A stretch of 64,000 nt of DNA from assembly GCF_963921235.1 (NCBI RefSeq), contig NC_086097.1, positions 182,840,001-182,904,000 on the forward strand, read 5' to 3'. Within the stretch, counting starts at the first letter, position 1; each line of letters starts with the position of its first letter. The DNA is from Mobula hypostoma. Taxonomy: Eukaryota. The notes under the pieces are model-generated. The model did not search any database. It saw only the letters and a list, made by a program, of their open reading frames with translations, and had not been told where the DNA came from. Shown here one piece after another: positions 51,753 to 63,261 of this stretch. The position numbers were made by a program, and so were the translations under genes.

Positions 51753-52514
51753 TCCCAAGTGATGATGATGGTCGGCTATTGTGTTTGACGATGACGGTCG
51801 TTCTCGTGCGGCTCATATTTTACAGACCCAAAGTTACCAAGTACGTAGAGTTATAAATGATGAGAGTTATCAATAGGGTAGGTGGTTGGATTCTTTTACC
51901 CAGGAAATGTCAATCCCTGGAGGGCATGGGGATTTTCCACAGAGAATGGTGGGAGCCAGGGAAGGACTGCAGGGGAGGTAGTAGAAAAAGATACAATAGC
52001 AATGTTTAAGAGGAGTTTAGACAGACACAAGAACAGCCAGGGAAAGGAGTGACAAACTCCAAATGCAGGTAGATGGGACATTTGGATTGATATCTTGGTT
52101 CACACAGACCTTCTGGGCCAAAGGGCCTTTTCGTACACTGAGTTCTGGGTTCGATCATAATGCAGACGCCACAGTTACTGGATTGGGCTCTTTATTCCCG
52201 ACTTATTTAATTAATAAAGTGAGGAGCTAGTGTGGTGGTGAGCACTGAGGTTGGTAATTAGTCATAGTGCATCCCTGTCCCACTTCCGTTAATGAAAGCA
52301 GCGGCCTTGTGTTTGTGGGTGTACGTGACTCGTCCTTGACCCTCAGCCCCCTGTGAGCCAGTGGCCAAGGAGAAAACTGACGCTGTGTGTTCACCTATCT
52401 GCAGAGGACGGCTGGTGGATTCACGTGGGTGTACGTGAATCATCCCTGACCCTCAGCCCCCTGTGAGCCAGTTGCCAAGGAGAAAACTGACGCTGTGTGT
52501 TCACCTGTCTGCAG

Positions 52515-52664
52515 AGGACGGCTGGTGGACGGAATGGACGGAGTGGTCAAATTGTACCCGGGACTGTGAAGGACTGGTGATCCGAGAGAGGACCTGTCTG
52601 AGCCCACGGAACGGGGGAAAGCCCTGTCTGCAGCTGCCCCAGCCACCTGTCACCCTGGAAGTCA
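52515..52664 (+). CDS. SSPO: SSPO exon 16 (TSP1 repeat)
   Basis: tgcag|ag..a|gtgagt; DGWWTEWTEWSNCTRDCEGLVIRERTCLSPRNGGKPC. Confidence 0.92.
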
Positions 52665-54095
52665 GTGAGTAACCGGATCGAGGGAATGGCGGGAGGAGGT
52701 GGGCTCAGGAGATATTGGGGCAGTAAAGCTTCTGTCAGAGGTGTGTGGTAGGCTCTGCTGCACACTGCTCCATAGCATCCTCGTTGGCAAATCTGTCTCA
52801 GTGAAAGGAGGCAGACTGTCGGTGGGGTGTTGCTGTTGGGACTGTTGACCCAGGAGAATATTGAGCAACAGAGGGACCTTGGTGTGCGTCCAAGAATTCC
52901 TGATGGTAACAGTGCAGGTGGATAAGTGAGCGAAGTAGGCATTTGAAAGTCTTCCTCAAAGGCTGGGATTTAGAATGTGAGAGTGGAGGTTATGGTATAA
53001 CGTTATTAGTTAAGCTGTGGCTGGATTATTGTGTGCAGTTTTGTTTGCTAAACTACAGGGAAGTGATTGTGAGAGGTTGCAGTAGGGATGTATACAGGAT
53101 GCTCCCTGTGATGAAGCATTTCTGTTCTGAGGAGACAGTAGATTGTCTGGGTTTGTTTTCCTTGGAGTGGAGGAGGCTAAAGCAGCACATTTCTGTTGAT
53201 CCTTAAAGGTCTTGAATTGGTAGAAGGCTGATTTCAACAGTGTAAATGACGACCTGGTGAAAGTAGAGAAGGCATTGCAGCTTGTGGGTAGAGTGACAAG
53301 AGATTTGGTGAGTACAAAGACAGATTTTTTTTTTAACAAGATAATTAAGAAGGTTGATGAAGGCATGATGATAGATATTGGCTATCTGGACATTTCACAA
53401 GGACCTGCATGTAGCCGGTCCAGAAGATTCAGGAGCATGGTGATAGGAGAAAGGAGGTGGTGGAAAAATGCTTTGCTGATTGGAAGTCTGTAACCAGTGC
53501 TGTACTGCAAGGTCGGTGCTCAGATCCTGCTTATTTGTGACACATAATGAGTTGGATAAGAATGTTGACTATTCAGTTGGCAAGCTTCTGGAATATTGTA
53601 CTGAAAATTGATGGTGTAAGGTTGTCTAAGGCTGCAAGAGACGTATATAGGGTAAATGGTGAGGATCTTTCCCCATGAAAAGGGTATTTAGACAAGGCAT
53701 AAAGGATATGGACCTAATGTAGGCAAATAGGATTAGTGCAGATAGTCTGTGTGCACAAAATGGGCCAAAAGACCTGTTACTCCATTAACCCATCACCCTG
53801 GTCATTTCATTTATAGCTTATCCCCATGGCAACCCTGACTTCACCCTCATGTTCTCTCCATCCCTCCCTCACTCCCCCAACCCCTTCATACTGATCTGAA
53901 GCATTCCCATTCTCTCTCTCCCTCCCCCACTCTCCCTCCCCCCTTCTCCCTCCCCCCTTCTCCCTCCCCCCTTCTCCCTCCCCCCTTCTCCCTCCCCCCT
54001 TCTCCCTCCCCCTCCCTCTCACCCCCCCCCACGGGTGCTGAACGCTCCTAGCACTTTCTGTTGTTATGTCCCTCACAGTCTTCTCTCTCTCACAG

Positions 54096-54236
54096 CTCCC
54101 TGCCACTCAGACGACTGTCCCAGTGCTCACCATTGTCCTGGGCATCTGGTCAGACGGGACTGTGCCACCTGCCCTCTGACGTGTGCACACGTATCTACAG
54201 AGGACAGCTGTCCCCAAACTGCAAGCTGTTTCCCAG
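54096..54236 (+). CDS. SSPO: SSPO exon 17 (TIL start)
   Basis: cacag|ct..g|gtgggt; PCHSDDCPSAHHCPGHLVRRDCATCPLTCAHV. Confidence 0.88.
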
Positions 54237-54341
54237 GTGGGTGGAGAGGACTGGAAGTGGGTGTTAGGATGTCAACGATAGGTTGTTGTAACATGGAGCA
54301 GTTAGGTGTCTTGGTGCATCATCCCATCCAGAAATGGATGG

Positions 54342-54343
<2 letters not shown>

Positions 54344-54382
<39 letters not shown>
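54344..54382. repeat. (TG)n microsatellite
   Basis: Direct reading. Confidence 0.95.
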
Positions 54383-54383
<1 letters not shown>

Positions 54384-54451
54384 TGTCTGTCTGTCTGGAG
54401 GCAGGGAGGCTGCCCCTCTCTCTGGCTTTCTGACAAGTCTCCTGTGCACAG

Positions 54452-54634
54452 GTTGCTGGTGCCCAGAGGGACTGGTGCTGGACGTAGAGCAGCACTGTGT
54501 CCACCCTGCTGACTGTCCCTGCTACGTGGATGGGGTCAAGTACTGGCCTGGTCAGACGGTCAAGGTTAACTGTGAGCTCTGTACCTGTACGGACGGCCGT
54601 CTGCAGCAGTGTCGCTTGAACCCAGTCTGCTCAG
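54452..54634 (+). CDS. SSPO: SSPO exon 18 (TIL end, vWC-like)
   Basis: cacag|gt..g|gtaacc; CWCPEGLVLDVEQHCVHPADCPCYVDGVKYWPGQTVKVNCELCTC. Confidence 0.92.
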
Positions 54635-54711
54635 GTAACCAAACAGTGGGTGGGTGGAGGTTTCGGGCTGTGGCGGATAGGAAGCTAGGACTTACATGTG
54701 GAGTGTGGGGG

Positions 54712-55405
54712 TGCGGTGTCAAAGGTCACAGGCAGAGCGTGAGAGCGCAGTGTCGAGGGTCACAGGCAGAGGGTGAGAGCGCGGTGTCAAAGGTCACAGG
54801 CAGAGGGTGAGAGCGCAGTGTTGAGGGTCACAGGTGGAGGGTGAGAGTGTGGTGTCGAGGGTCACAGGCGGAGGGTGAGAGCGCAGTGTCGAGGGTCACA
54901 GGCGGAGGGTGAGAGCGCAGTGTCGAGGGTAACAGGCAGAGGGTGAGAGTACGGTGTCAAGGGTCACAGGCAGAGGTGAGAGCGCGGTGTCCAGGGTCAC
55001 AGGCAGAGGTGAGAGTGCGGTGTCAAGGGTCACAGGCAGAGGTGAGAGCGCGGTGTCCAGGGTCACAGGCAGAGGTGAGAGTGCGGTGTCAAGGGTCACA
55101 GGCGGAGGGTGAGAGTATGGTGTCGAGGGTCACAGGCAGAGGGTGAGAGTGTGGTGTCAAGGGTCACAGGCGGAGGGTGAGAGCGCGGTGTCCAGGGTCA
55201 CAGGCAGAGGTGAGAGTGCGGTGTCAAGGGTCACAGGCAGAGGTGAGAGCGCGGTGTCGAGGGTCACAGGCGGAGGGTGAGAGCGCGGTGTCGAGGGTCA
55301 CAGGCGGAGGGTGAGAGTGCAGTGTCAAGGGTCACAGGCAGAGGTGAGAGCGCGGTGTCGAGGGTCACAGGCGGAGGGTGAGAGCGCGGTGTCGAGGGTC
55401 ACAGG
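54712..55405. repeat. Minisatellite, 33-34-bp unit, about 20 copies
   Basis: Unit gggtcacaggc(a/g)gagggtgagagcgcggtgtc(g/a)a. Confidence 0.94.
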
Positions 55406-56172
55406 TGGGGTGGGGTGATGGGATCACAGACAAAGGGTGAGGCGGGTGATGAGGCCATGGGCGGAGGGTAACGCCGTGTCAGTGCGGGGTTGGGCTGTGC
55501 TTAGATGGGTTGGGGGAGTGTGGCGTGTAAAAGGAGAGAGGTGTGGGAGGGTGAGGGGGTGTAGGAAGCGGAGGGAGGGTGTGTCAGGAGTGAGAGAATG
55601 TAGGAGGGAAGGAGGAGGTGGAAGGGTGGTGCAAGAGTGAATGGTGTGGGATGGCGAGGGAGAGGGATGGGATGGAGAGGGTTGGTGGGAGGATGATGAG
55701 TATGAGGATGAGGGGTGTTTGGAAGCGGAGGGAAGGTGTGAGATGTGAGGGAATGAGGGAGGGATGGTAACAGAGTGAATGGTGTGGGACGGGGAGGGAA
55801 GGAGTGGGATGGGACGGAGAGGGTTGGTGTGAGGGTGATGAGTATGGGAGGAAGGTGAGTAGGAGGATGGAGGGTGTTCGGAAGGGGAGGGGGAGGGATG
55901 GTGTCAGGGTGAATGGTGTGGGATGGGGAGGGTGCTGGATGGTGCAAGAGGAAGGGGTGTGAGGTGGGGAGGGTTGATGTGGGGGTGAATAGTGTGGGAG
56001 GGTGCTGAGGTAGTGTGAGGTGGGGTTGCCTGTAGATGGGGAGCAAGCTGTGATTGAGCAGGGAGTGTGGGAAGGGTAATCGTGGGTCTGAGACCTTGGT
56101 CAGTGGGAACTTCTGGGGACATTCACCTGCGGTCCGACTCTGACCAAACGGTTTGTCCTCTGTTGGCCCCAG

Positions 56173-56323
56173 TGGACTGCGGCTGGTCGAATTGGTCTCC
56201 CTGGGGAGAGTGCCTGGGACCTTGTGGAGTCCAGAGTGTTCAGTGGTCATTCCGCAGCCCCAACAACCCCAAGCAGCATGGACAGGGGAACCAGTGCCGT
56301 GGCATTTACCGCAAGGCTCGCAG
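56173..56323 (+). CDS. SSPO: SSPO exon 19 (TSP1 repeat)
   Basis: cccag|tg..ag|gtaact; [32 protein letters not shown]. Confidence 0.94.
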
Positions 56324-56863
56324 GTAACTCCCAGCGACAAATGGGGTCAGGAGACCAGGGAATGCAACTGGCCTTGGGGCTTGGGTTTAAATCATTGTGC
56401 TGGGTGGGGCCTTGGGATCAGGTTTGGGTTGGGATCACCAGTTCGCAGTTGTGATTCTTGGCTTGCGAGTACTTGTTATTCCTGCTCTTGAGGTTGGGCT
56501 TTTGATGGCTGGGGTTAGAGTCCAGTGTAAAGGACTTGCTTTTTGTTGAAATTAGGGTCAAATGTTGGAGTGGAGATCCTCTCTGGATTGGGTTTGGGAA
56601 CAGCTCCTCAGGTAGTTTTGTGGCTAAAAACCTCAGATTTGAGACGATGGATTGGTATTAGTCCTGGGCCCATATTAAGATCCAGGATTACAGCAGGGTT
56701 TGAGTCTGAGTCCTATGTTTGTTATGTTGTGGTTTGGGATTGGAGATGAGATCCTGGGATGTGTTAGGGTTGGGGTTCTGGTCTGATTTGCTGCCTGAGT
56801 AGCTGTGTTTGGGGGCACTCCGATGGTCCTTTCTCCCTTTACCATCATTGCCTCTCTGTTCAG

Positions 56864-57023
56864 GTGTCAGACTGCAGCTTGCCAGGACTGCATCTCCCAG
56901 GGCAGGTCCTTTGTGATGGGTGAGCGTTGGCGGGTCGGACAGTGTGAAGTTTGTCAGTGTTTGGAAGAGCAGCAAATTGATTGCTCCACATACTGTCCCC
57001 ACACTGCAGCTGGCTGTCCACAG
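56864..57023 (+). CDS. SSPO: SSPO exon 20 (vWC)
   Basis: ttcag|g..cag|gtaagg; CQTAACQDCISQGRSFVMGERWRVGQCEVCQC. Confidence 0.92.
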
Positions 57024-57494
57024 GTAAGGTGTCTATGCAGTAGTTTGGTGGGGGGGAGGGGTAACGATTGAAATGTTCTGGTACAGTATTAGGGTATTAG
57101 TGGGATTGACATGGAGAGATGGGTTGTTGGAGTCTGAAAGAAGAGCATCCACCTCCTCACCCCAGCTATGTTACTGATTCCCTTCACCCTGTTCCTCTGG
57201 GTTCCCACCCTCCTAAAGCAAACAGCTCCATCAAACCTATTCCTCGACACATCTCCCTGTGCCTTTCCCCTCTAAGGCAAACAGTCCCAGCTTCTCCTGT
57301 GTCTCCACAGGAAAGGGGGGCATTTACCACTCCAATAAGTCACTCTGCATCCTCTTCAAAGCCATGAGATCTGACAGTTCCTAGAAATTCACAGGATGAA
57401 AATGAATCATTCGCTCCCCTCTCCCCTCAACATGCCCAAGTTGACCTGTTAGTCCCAGTTTTCAGTTCCCCTTTCATTGTCGACTTGGGTCCTC

Positions 57495-57745
57495 TTCTTC
57501 TTAAGCCCAACACCCCTACTGGGGCATAGTCCGCTGACAGCTGCTCACTAGAGTCCCTTATCCTGGGCCAGTTTTTCAAGTTGTTCCCAAGTGTAACCCA
57601 TCTTCGAACATCCTTCCTCTCTTGGGATGAGGTCTTTGGAGCTTCTGTTGGCATTTCTGTAGCACAGGGGTTTTACCCCCAAGCCCAAACTTCCTCCTTT
57701 CACAGCCGGGCTTGGGACTGTCCATGGCAGAGTTCTTGTTGACCT
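57495..57745 (-). mobile_element. Short RTE-derived non-autonomous element
   Basis: Minus strand cagtcccaagcccggctgtgaaaggagga...ttgggc (RTE 5'-UTR-like) joined to KMGYTWEQLEKLAQDKGL (RTE C-terminus-like). Confidence 0.5.
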
Positions 57746-58289
57746 GGGTATGTTGCAAATTGCAACAATTTCTATCTCCCACTCTCTCACTCGGAGGGTT
57801 TCTGATTTCCCCCACCTCCCCACCACAACTGACCTTTGGGGCCAAGTCCTCCTCTTCCGTCTCTGCATGTTTCACACGTGAAAGATGTTACTAGTTACTG
57901 ATCTCTGCTAAATGAAATTAGCCCTCCCCCTTCAGCCTTCATTTTACAAGCACTTTGAAACGTCTCCTCAGTCTCCAGACACTCTCTCCCCATGACTCAG
58001 GCCAAATTGAGAGCGTTTCGACCAGGAAACGTTTGACCAGAGGAATCAACTGGAGAGGATGTCGAGGCTTTGGAGAGGGAGCAGAAGAGATTTACCAGGG
58101 TGTTGCCTTGATTAGAGAGCATGTGCTATCAGGAGAGGTGAGACAAACTTCGTTTGTTTTCTTTGAAGCGGTGGAGGCTAAGGGAGATCTGATTGAGGTT
58201 TATTAGATTATGCGAGGCATAGATAGAGTAGAGAGACAATGTTTTTTTCTTCCTAGGGTTGAAATGTCTAAGATGAAATCATGCTGATA

Positions 58290-59095
58290 GGTGTGAGGTG
58301 CTACATTTTGGTAGGACTAATCAAAATAGGACATACATGGGTAAATGGTAGGGCGTTGAGGAATGCTGTAGAACAGAGGGATCTAGGAATAATGATGCAT
58401 AGATCCCTGAAGGTGGAATCTCATGTGGATAGGGTGGTGAAGAAAGCTTTTGGTATGCTGGCCTTTATAAATCAGAGCATTGAGTATAGGAGTTAAAAAA
58501 AAAAGTGTTAAAATTGTACAAGGCATTGGTGAGGCCAAATTTGGAGTATTGTGTACAGTTCTGGTCACCAAATTATAGGAAAGATGTCAACAAAATAGAG
58601 AGAGTACAGAGAAGATTTACTCAAATGTTACCTGGGTTTCAGCACCTAAGTTACAGAGAAAGGTTGAACAAGTTGGGTCTTTATTCTTTGGAGCGTAGAA
58701 GGTTGAGGGGGAACTTGATAGAGGTATTTAAAATTATGAGGGGGATAGATAGAGTTGACATGGATAGGCTTTTTCCATTGAGAGTGGGGGAGATTCAAAC
58801 AAGAGGACATGAGTTGAGAGTTAAGGGGCAAAAGTTTAGGGGTAACACAAGGGGGAACTTCTTTACTCAGAGAGGGGTAGCTGTGTGGAACGAGCTTCCA
58901 GCAGAAGTGGTTGAGGCAGGTTCGATGTTGTCGTTTAAAAGAAAATTGGATAGGGTATATGGACAGGAAAGGAATGGAGGGTTATGGGCTGAGTGCAGGT
59001 CGGTGGGACTAGGTGAGAGTAAGCGTTTGGCACAGACTAGAAGGGCTGAGATGGCCTGTTTCCGTGCTGTAATGGTTACATGGTTATATGGTTAG
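58290..59095 (+). mobile_element. 5'-truncated CR1 nested in an older CR1 fragment (about 58050-59370)
   Basis: ORF 58505 LYKALVRPNLEYCVQFWSP...; 3' UTR nearly identical to the short copy at about 30736-30858. Confidence 0.88.
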
Positions 59096-61168
59096 CAGAG
59101 GGCATGCATTTAAGGTGAGAGGGGGTAATGTTAAAGGAGTTCAGAGGCAAGCATTACACCAGAGTGATGGGTGCCTGGAACTTGCCCCGGGTGGTGGTAG
59201 AGGCAGAAACATTAGGGAGATTTAACAGATGTTTTGATAGGTATGTGAATGTGAGGAAAATGGAAGGATATGGACATTGTGTAAGAGATTAGTTTAGTTA
59301 GCCATTTAATTGGTTTGGCACAACACTGTGAGCCAAATGACCTGTTCCTGTGCTGTACTCTTCTATAACCTAAAACCACCATTTCCAATGGCACCATCTG
59401 TATAACAGATGGCAACGAGACAGTCCAGCACCTCATACTGAGTAACTACATCTTCAATTACAATCCCAGCAAAGTGGAAACTCGGATCAGCCATCCTGCA
59501 GGTAACGCCACAGTTAAACCTCCTCTAGACACACGATGGGTAAGATCACACACCTCCCACAGTCAGCTGCTTGATCTGGGTGCACCATTTTCTATTGATC
59601 TGATGGTCATCTCATCCACGCTCCTGTGTTCCTGCAGTAATCTACTATTCACTTTTTACCCAGGATCTGTTAGCCTATTACCTGTTAGCCTATTGATCTG
59701 ATCCATTTCAGTCACATGCACCCCCCCCCCCTATCTCCAGCACGTACAAGTGTAGCCTTTCCTTGTAGGCAACCCACGTTTCCAGGTAAAACCTCAATTG
59801 TCTGCTTCCAGGTTCCTCTGTATTTTGGGGTTCTGTACTCTCTCACCATTTAGGTCATGCTAAAATGGGCAGTTTTACACTTTCTCATACTCTACTACAT
59901 GTGCTAAATCTTTACACTCGTGCAACTTACCTGCACCCCTCTGTAGCCTCCTGCATTCTGCGTATGTCTGTGTCAACAGCACATTGATCACCCACACCTT
60001 CTGCACCATCATTAAGTCATTCATATCAATGGGAAAATGTTAGGGTTCAGATATTGGTTCCAGTTTGTGTTGGCTCCTCGTTTCCTTTGCCCACATCATC
60101 TTGCTACCTCCATTCAATGAGCTGTTATTTTCAGGAATAATCTTTGTTTATGGCACATTATTGAATGCCTTCTGGAAACTGAGTTACAGTATATGAATGG
60201 TTATACTGGTTCTCATTACTGACGCTGCAGGTCACTTCATCAAAGAAGCCAAATAAAGTTGTCAAACATCACTTTCTGTTCACAAGACCATTTGATGGGG
60301 TCTGAATACCTTGAATTTTTCCAAGATTCCTGCTATCACATCTTTAGTGAAGGTTTCTATCAGTCTCTCTGTGACATGTGCTGAAATGCTTCCTGACTTG
60401 ATCTCTTTTTGAATACAGAATCTTGCATTTGTTATTTTCCACTCTAATGGAATTTTCTCCAAAATGAGGGGAGTTTGGAACTGTCTACCTAACTATGCAC
60501 ATGAAACCCTGGGGTGAAGGCCATCAGACCCTGAGGACCCAAGTCTAAACAAACTAAAAAATTAGCTCTGTGGCTGTAATTTTCCCGGATTCCTCCCTCT
60601 TTACAAAGCAGTTTCCCCTGCACCTTGTTCCTGGGTAATTACTGCTTTAGCTGTTGTCTCCCATCCTAGACATTTGTAGCTTTTGTGATCACCTCACAAT
60701 TTCTTCCTTGATTGGTCTTTCCAAGTGCGTTGGGTCTTTGATCCACTGTGGCCAGGGACTATCATACAAAAGGAACCGCACCCTGTGATCCTTGATTTCC
60801 TAACCTGGACCGAGTTTCCCAATCATTCCCAATCTGCTGATCCTTGGATCCCAGTCTTGGCGAACCCTTTCTTGGGAGGCGTCCGTGATCCACAAGACAA
60901 CATGCAGTAACCCCAGGAGGCACGGGGACCATTATAGAAGGGCTTGGTCACTGAGAGGGGTCAGAGCAGCATCACTGTGGTGATGGGAGCCTGGATGAAT
61001 GAGGTTAGGCAGGTGGGAAGAGGTGGAACGGATGAGCGTGGGCGAAGGTGGAAAAGAGCAGATGGAACAGCATGAATGAGTAATACTGTTGTGGTTCCTC
61101 CGGCTTTGGTCGAATGGTGGGGGAGCGTGGGTTGCAGGATCACACTAACCTGTAACGTTTCCCCACAG

Positions 61169-61223
61169 GGTCAGCGACTGATTGAAGGATCGGCAGAGAG
61201 ATGCTGTTACTGTGCCAAGCCAG
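61169..61223 (+). CDS. SSPO: SSPO exon 21 (vWC end)
   Basis: cacag|ggt..g|gtgagg; GQRLIEGSAERCCYCAKP. Confidence 0.85.
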
Positions 61224-61549
61224 GTGAGGAGGAGGGAAAGCAGTTCACAGGAACTCTGCATCCTTGGGGAAGAAATGTCACTGAGGAAAGTTGGGGAGTT
61301 GTGGTCATAGCACAGAAACAGGTTCTTCAGCCCAGCACAACCTTTTTAACCCATCCTCACTAATCCAATTTGCCTGCAATAGGATCGTATCCTTCGGTAC
61401 CTGCCTGTATAAATGTCTACTCACTGTGCTGATTGTGGCTGTTCCTCTGTCAGTAAGTTCCAGATATCACACCACCTTCTGTTTTAAAAAAAAAAAAATT
61501 TCCCTTTACTTTCACCATGTTTGTTATACCCCTACTGTGGGGTCAAGAT

Positions 61550-62940
61550 TCTAACTATCTACGTACCCGATTGACACCACTTACTGTTCAATCTTAGTTA
61601 CCTTGATGAGGCACCCCTCTCAGTTCTTTCCCAACAGGGAACACAAGCCTGGCCTATCCATTCTCTGCCCATTTACCCAGTCCTCCAGTCTAGCCAACAT
61701 CCTCTGTATTCTTTCTGTATAATCATTCAGCACAAAACAGGTCCTTCAGACCAAGTGGTTCATGCAGAGTAAGGTTCCCATCCAAGCTAGTCCCATTTGT
61801 CTCGTTGGCCCACGTTCCTCTAAAACTTTCCTATTCAAGTACCTGTACAACTGTATTTTAACTGTTGTTAATGTATCTGCTTCTACCACTTTTGCTGACT
61901 GCTCATTCCTTATTCTGTCCACTCTTTGGGTGAAAATACTGCCCCTCAAGTTTCTAGTAAGTCTCTCCCATCTCACCTTAAACCCATGGCCTATATTTCT
62001 TGATTTTCCAACCCTGGGGAAAAGATAGTAAATATGCACCCTGTCGATGCCCTACTATAAGATCACCTGTAATTCTACCATGCTTCAACGTATAAAGTCC
62101 CAACCTGCTCAACCTCTCATAATAAATTAGTCTCTCAAATCCTGGCAGCATCTTCATAAATCTCATTAGTACTCTTTCCACCTTAATTGCATCTTTCCTA
62201 TAACAGTGTGACCAAAACCAAACTCAATACTCCAAATGTGGCCTCATTGACATCTTGTAGAACTGCAACGTAGCTCAAGTTCTGTACTCAATGAAAGCTG
62301 GCATGCCAAGTGAATTTACCATCTTGTCTACCTGTAATTTCACTTTCAGAGAACTGTGTACTTGTATTTCTAGATCCTACTGTTCTACATCACTCCTCGG
62401 GGCCCTACCATTCACTAAGGAAGACAGACCTGGATTTGCCTTCATAAAATACGTTGTCCTTATCTGAATATAACTCCATTTGCCATTCCTCAGCGAATTA
62501 CCCAGCTAATCAAGACTCATTTGTAAATCCTCATAACTTCCTTCATTGTCGTCACAGTACTTGTCTCCTATGATGTGCTAACCTCATCTGCACATAGTAC
62601 TCCATGTGCAATATAACCTGTGAAGCTGTAACAATCCAACCTCTATATTCCATGCACCATTTCATGAAGGTAAGATGAGCACCCCCTTCACCACCCTCTC
62701 CACCAGTACCACCACTTTCAGGGAATCCTGAAGTTTCTCTGTTCAATATTCCTCATAGATACCTATCATTTACTCTACATGTACTCCCTTTTTCTAACTT
62801 CTTAAAATGTTTCACATCCCACTCTTTTGGATTAAACTTTATCCACTAAAGTTCTTCTAACCTTTTCACCTAATCTGTATCCTGCCAAAGCCTTGGACAA
62901 CCTCCCTCATTGTCCATTACACCCACGACTTTTGTGGGAT
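61550..62940 (-). mobile_element. Degenerate CR1 fragments
   Basis: Minus ORFs 61746 and 61978 resembling the CR1 RT C-terminus. Confidence 0.7.
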
Positions 62941-63042
62941 CTATTGGTTCGATGGAAGAGTGCAAAAGGACAAGTTGGACCATCAGATTCAGAGAGTAAC
63001 CAACAGAATGCACTGACATTGTCCTCTGGTCTCCTGGTCTAG

Positions 63043-63261
63043 AGGAACCCACCTATCCATCCAATACCTCTGGCTTCCCAGAGGTGGGCTCTGCTACCCC
63101 GACTGCTCCAGGAGAGATGACTTTACCTCCAACCAGCACAGCCGGCTGCCGGAATGGGGAGTTCCGCTGTCACAATGGTCACTGTGTTCAGGCTGGAGTT
63201 GCAGGACGTGTATGTGATGGAGTCAATGACTGTGGAGATGCTTCGGATGAGCTGTACTGTG
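63043..63261 (+). CDS. SSPO: SSPO exon 22 (Pro/Thr linker and LDLa)
   Basis: tctag|ag..g|gtgagt; [38 protein letters not shown]; the 5' boundary could instead be the in-frame AG giving start 63082. Confidence 0.82.

Larger units (their letters stand above)
2668..63261 (+). other. SSPO: SCO-spondin gene, internal portion (22 coding exons; gene extends beyond both window ends)
   Basis: Phase-compatible GT-AG exons splice to an open frame encoding vWD-C8-TIL, a tandem LDLa cluster, TSP1 repeats and vWC. The exon 19 peptide [26 protein letters not shown]...[13 protein letters not shown] is characteristic of SCO-spondin. Confidence 0.93.
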
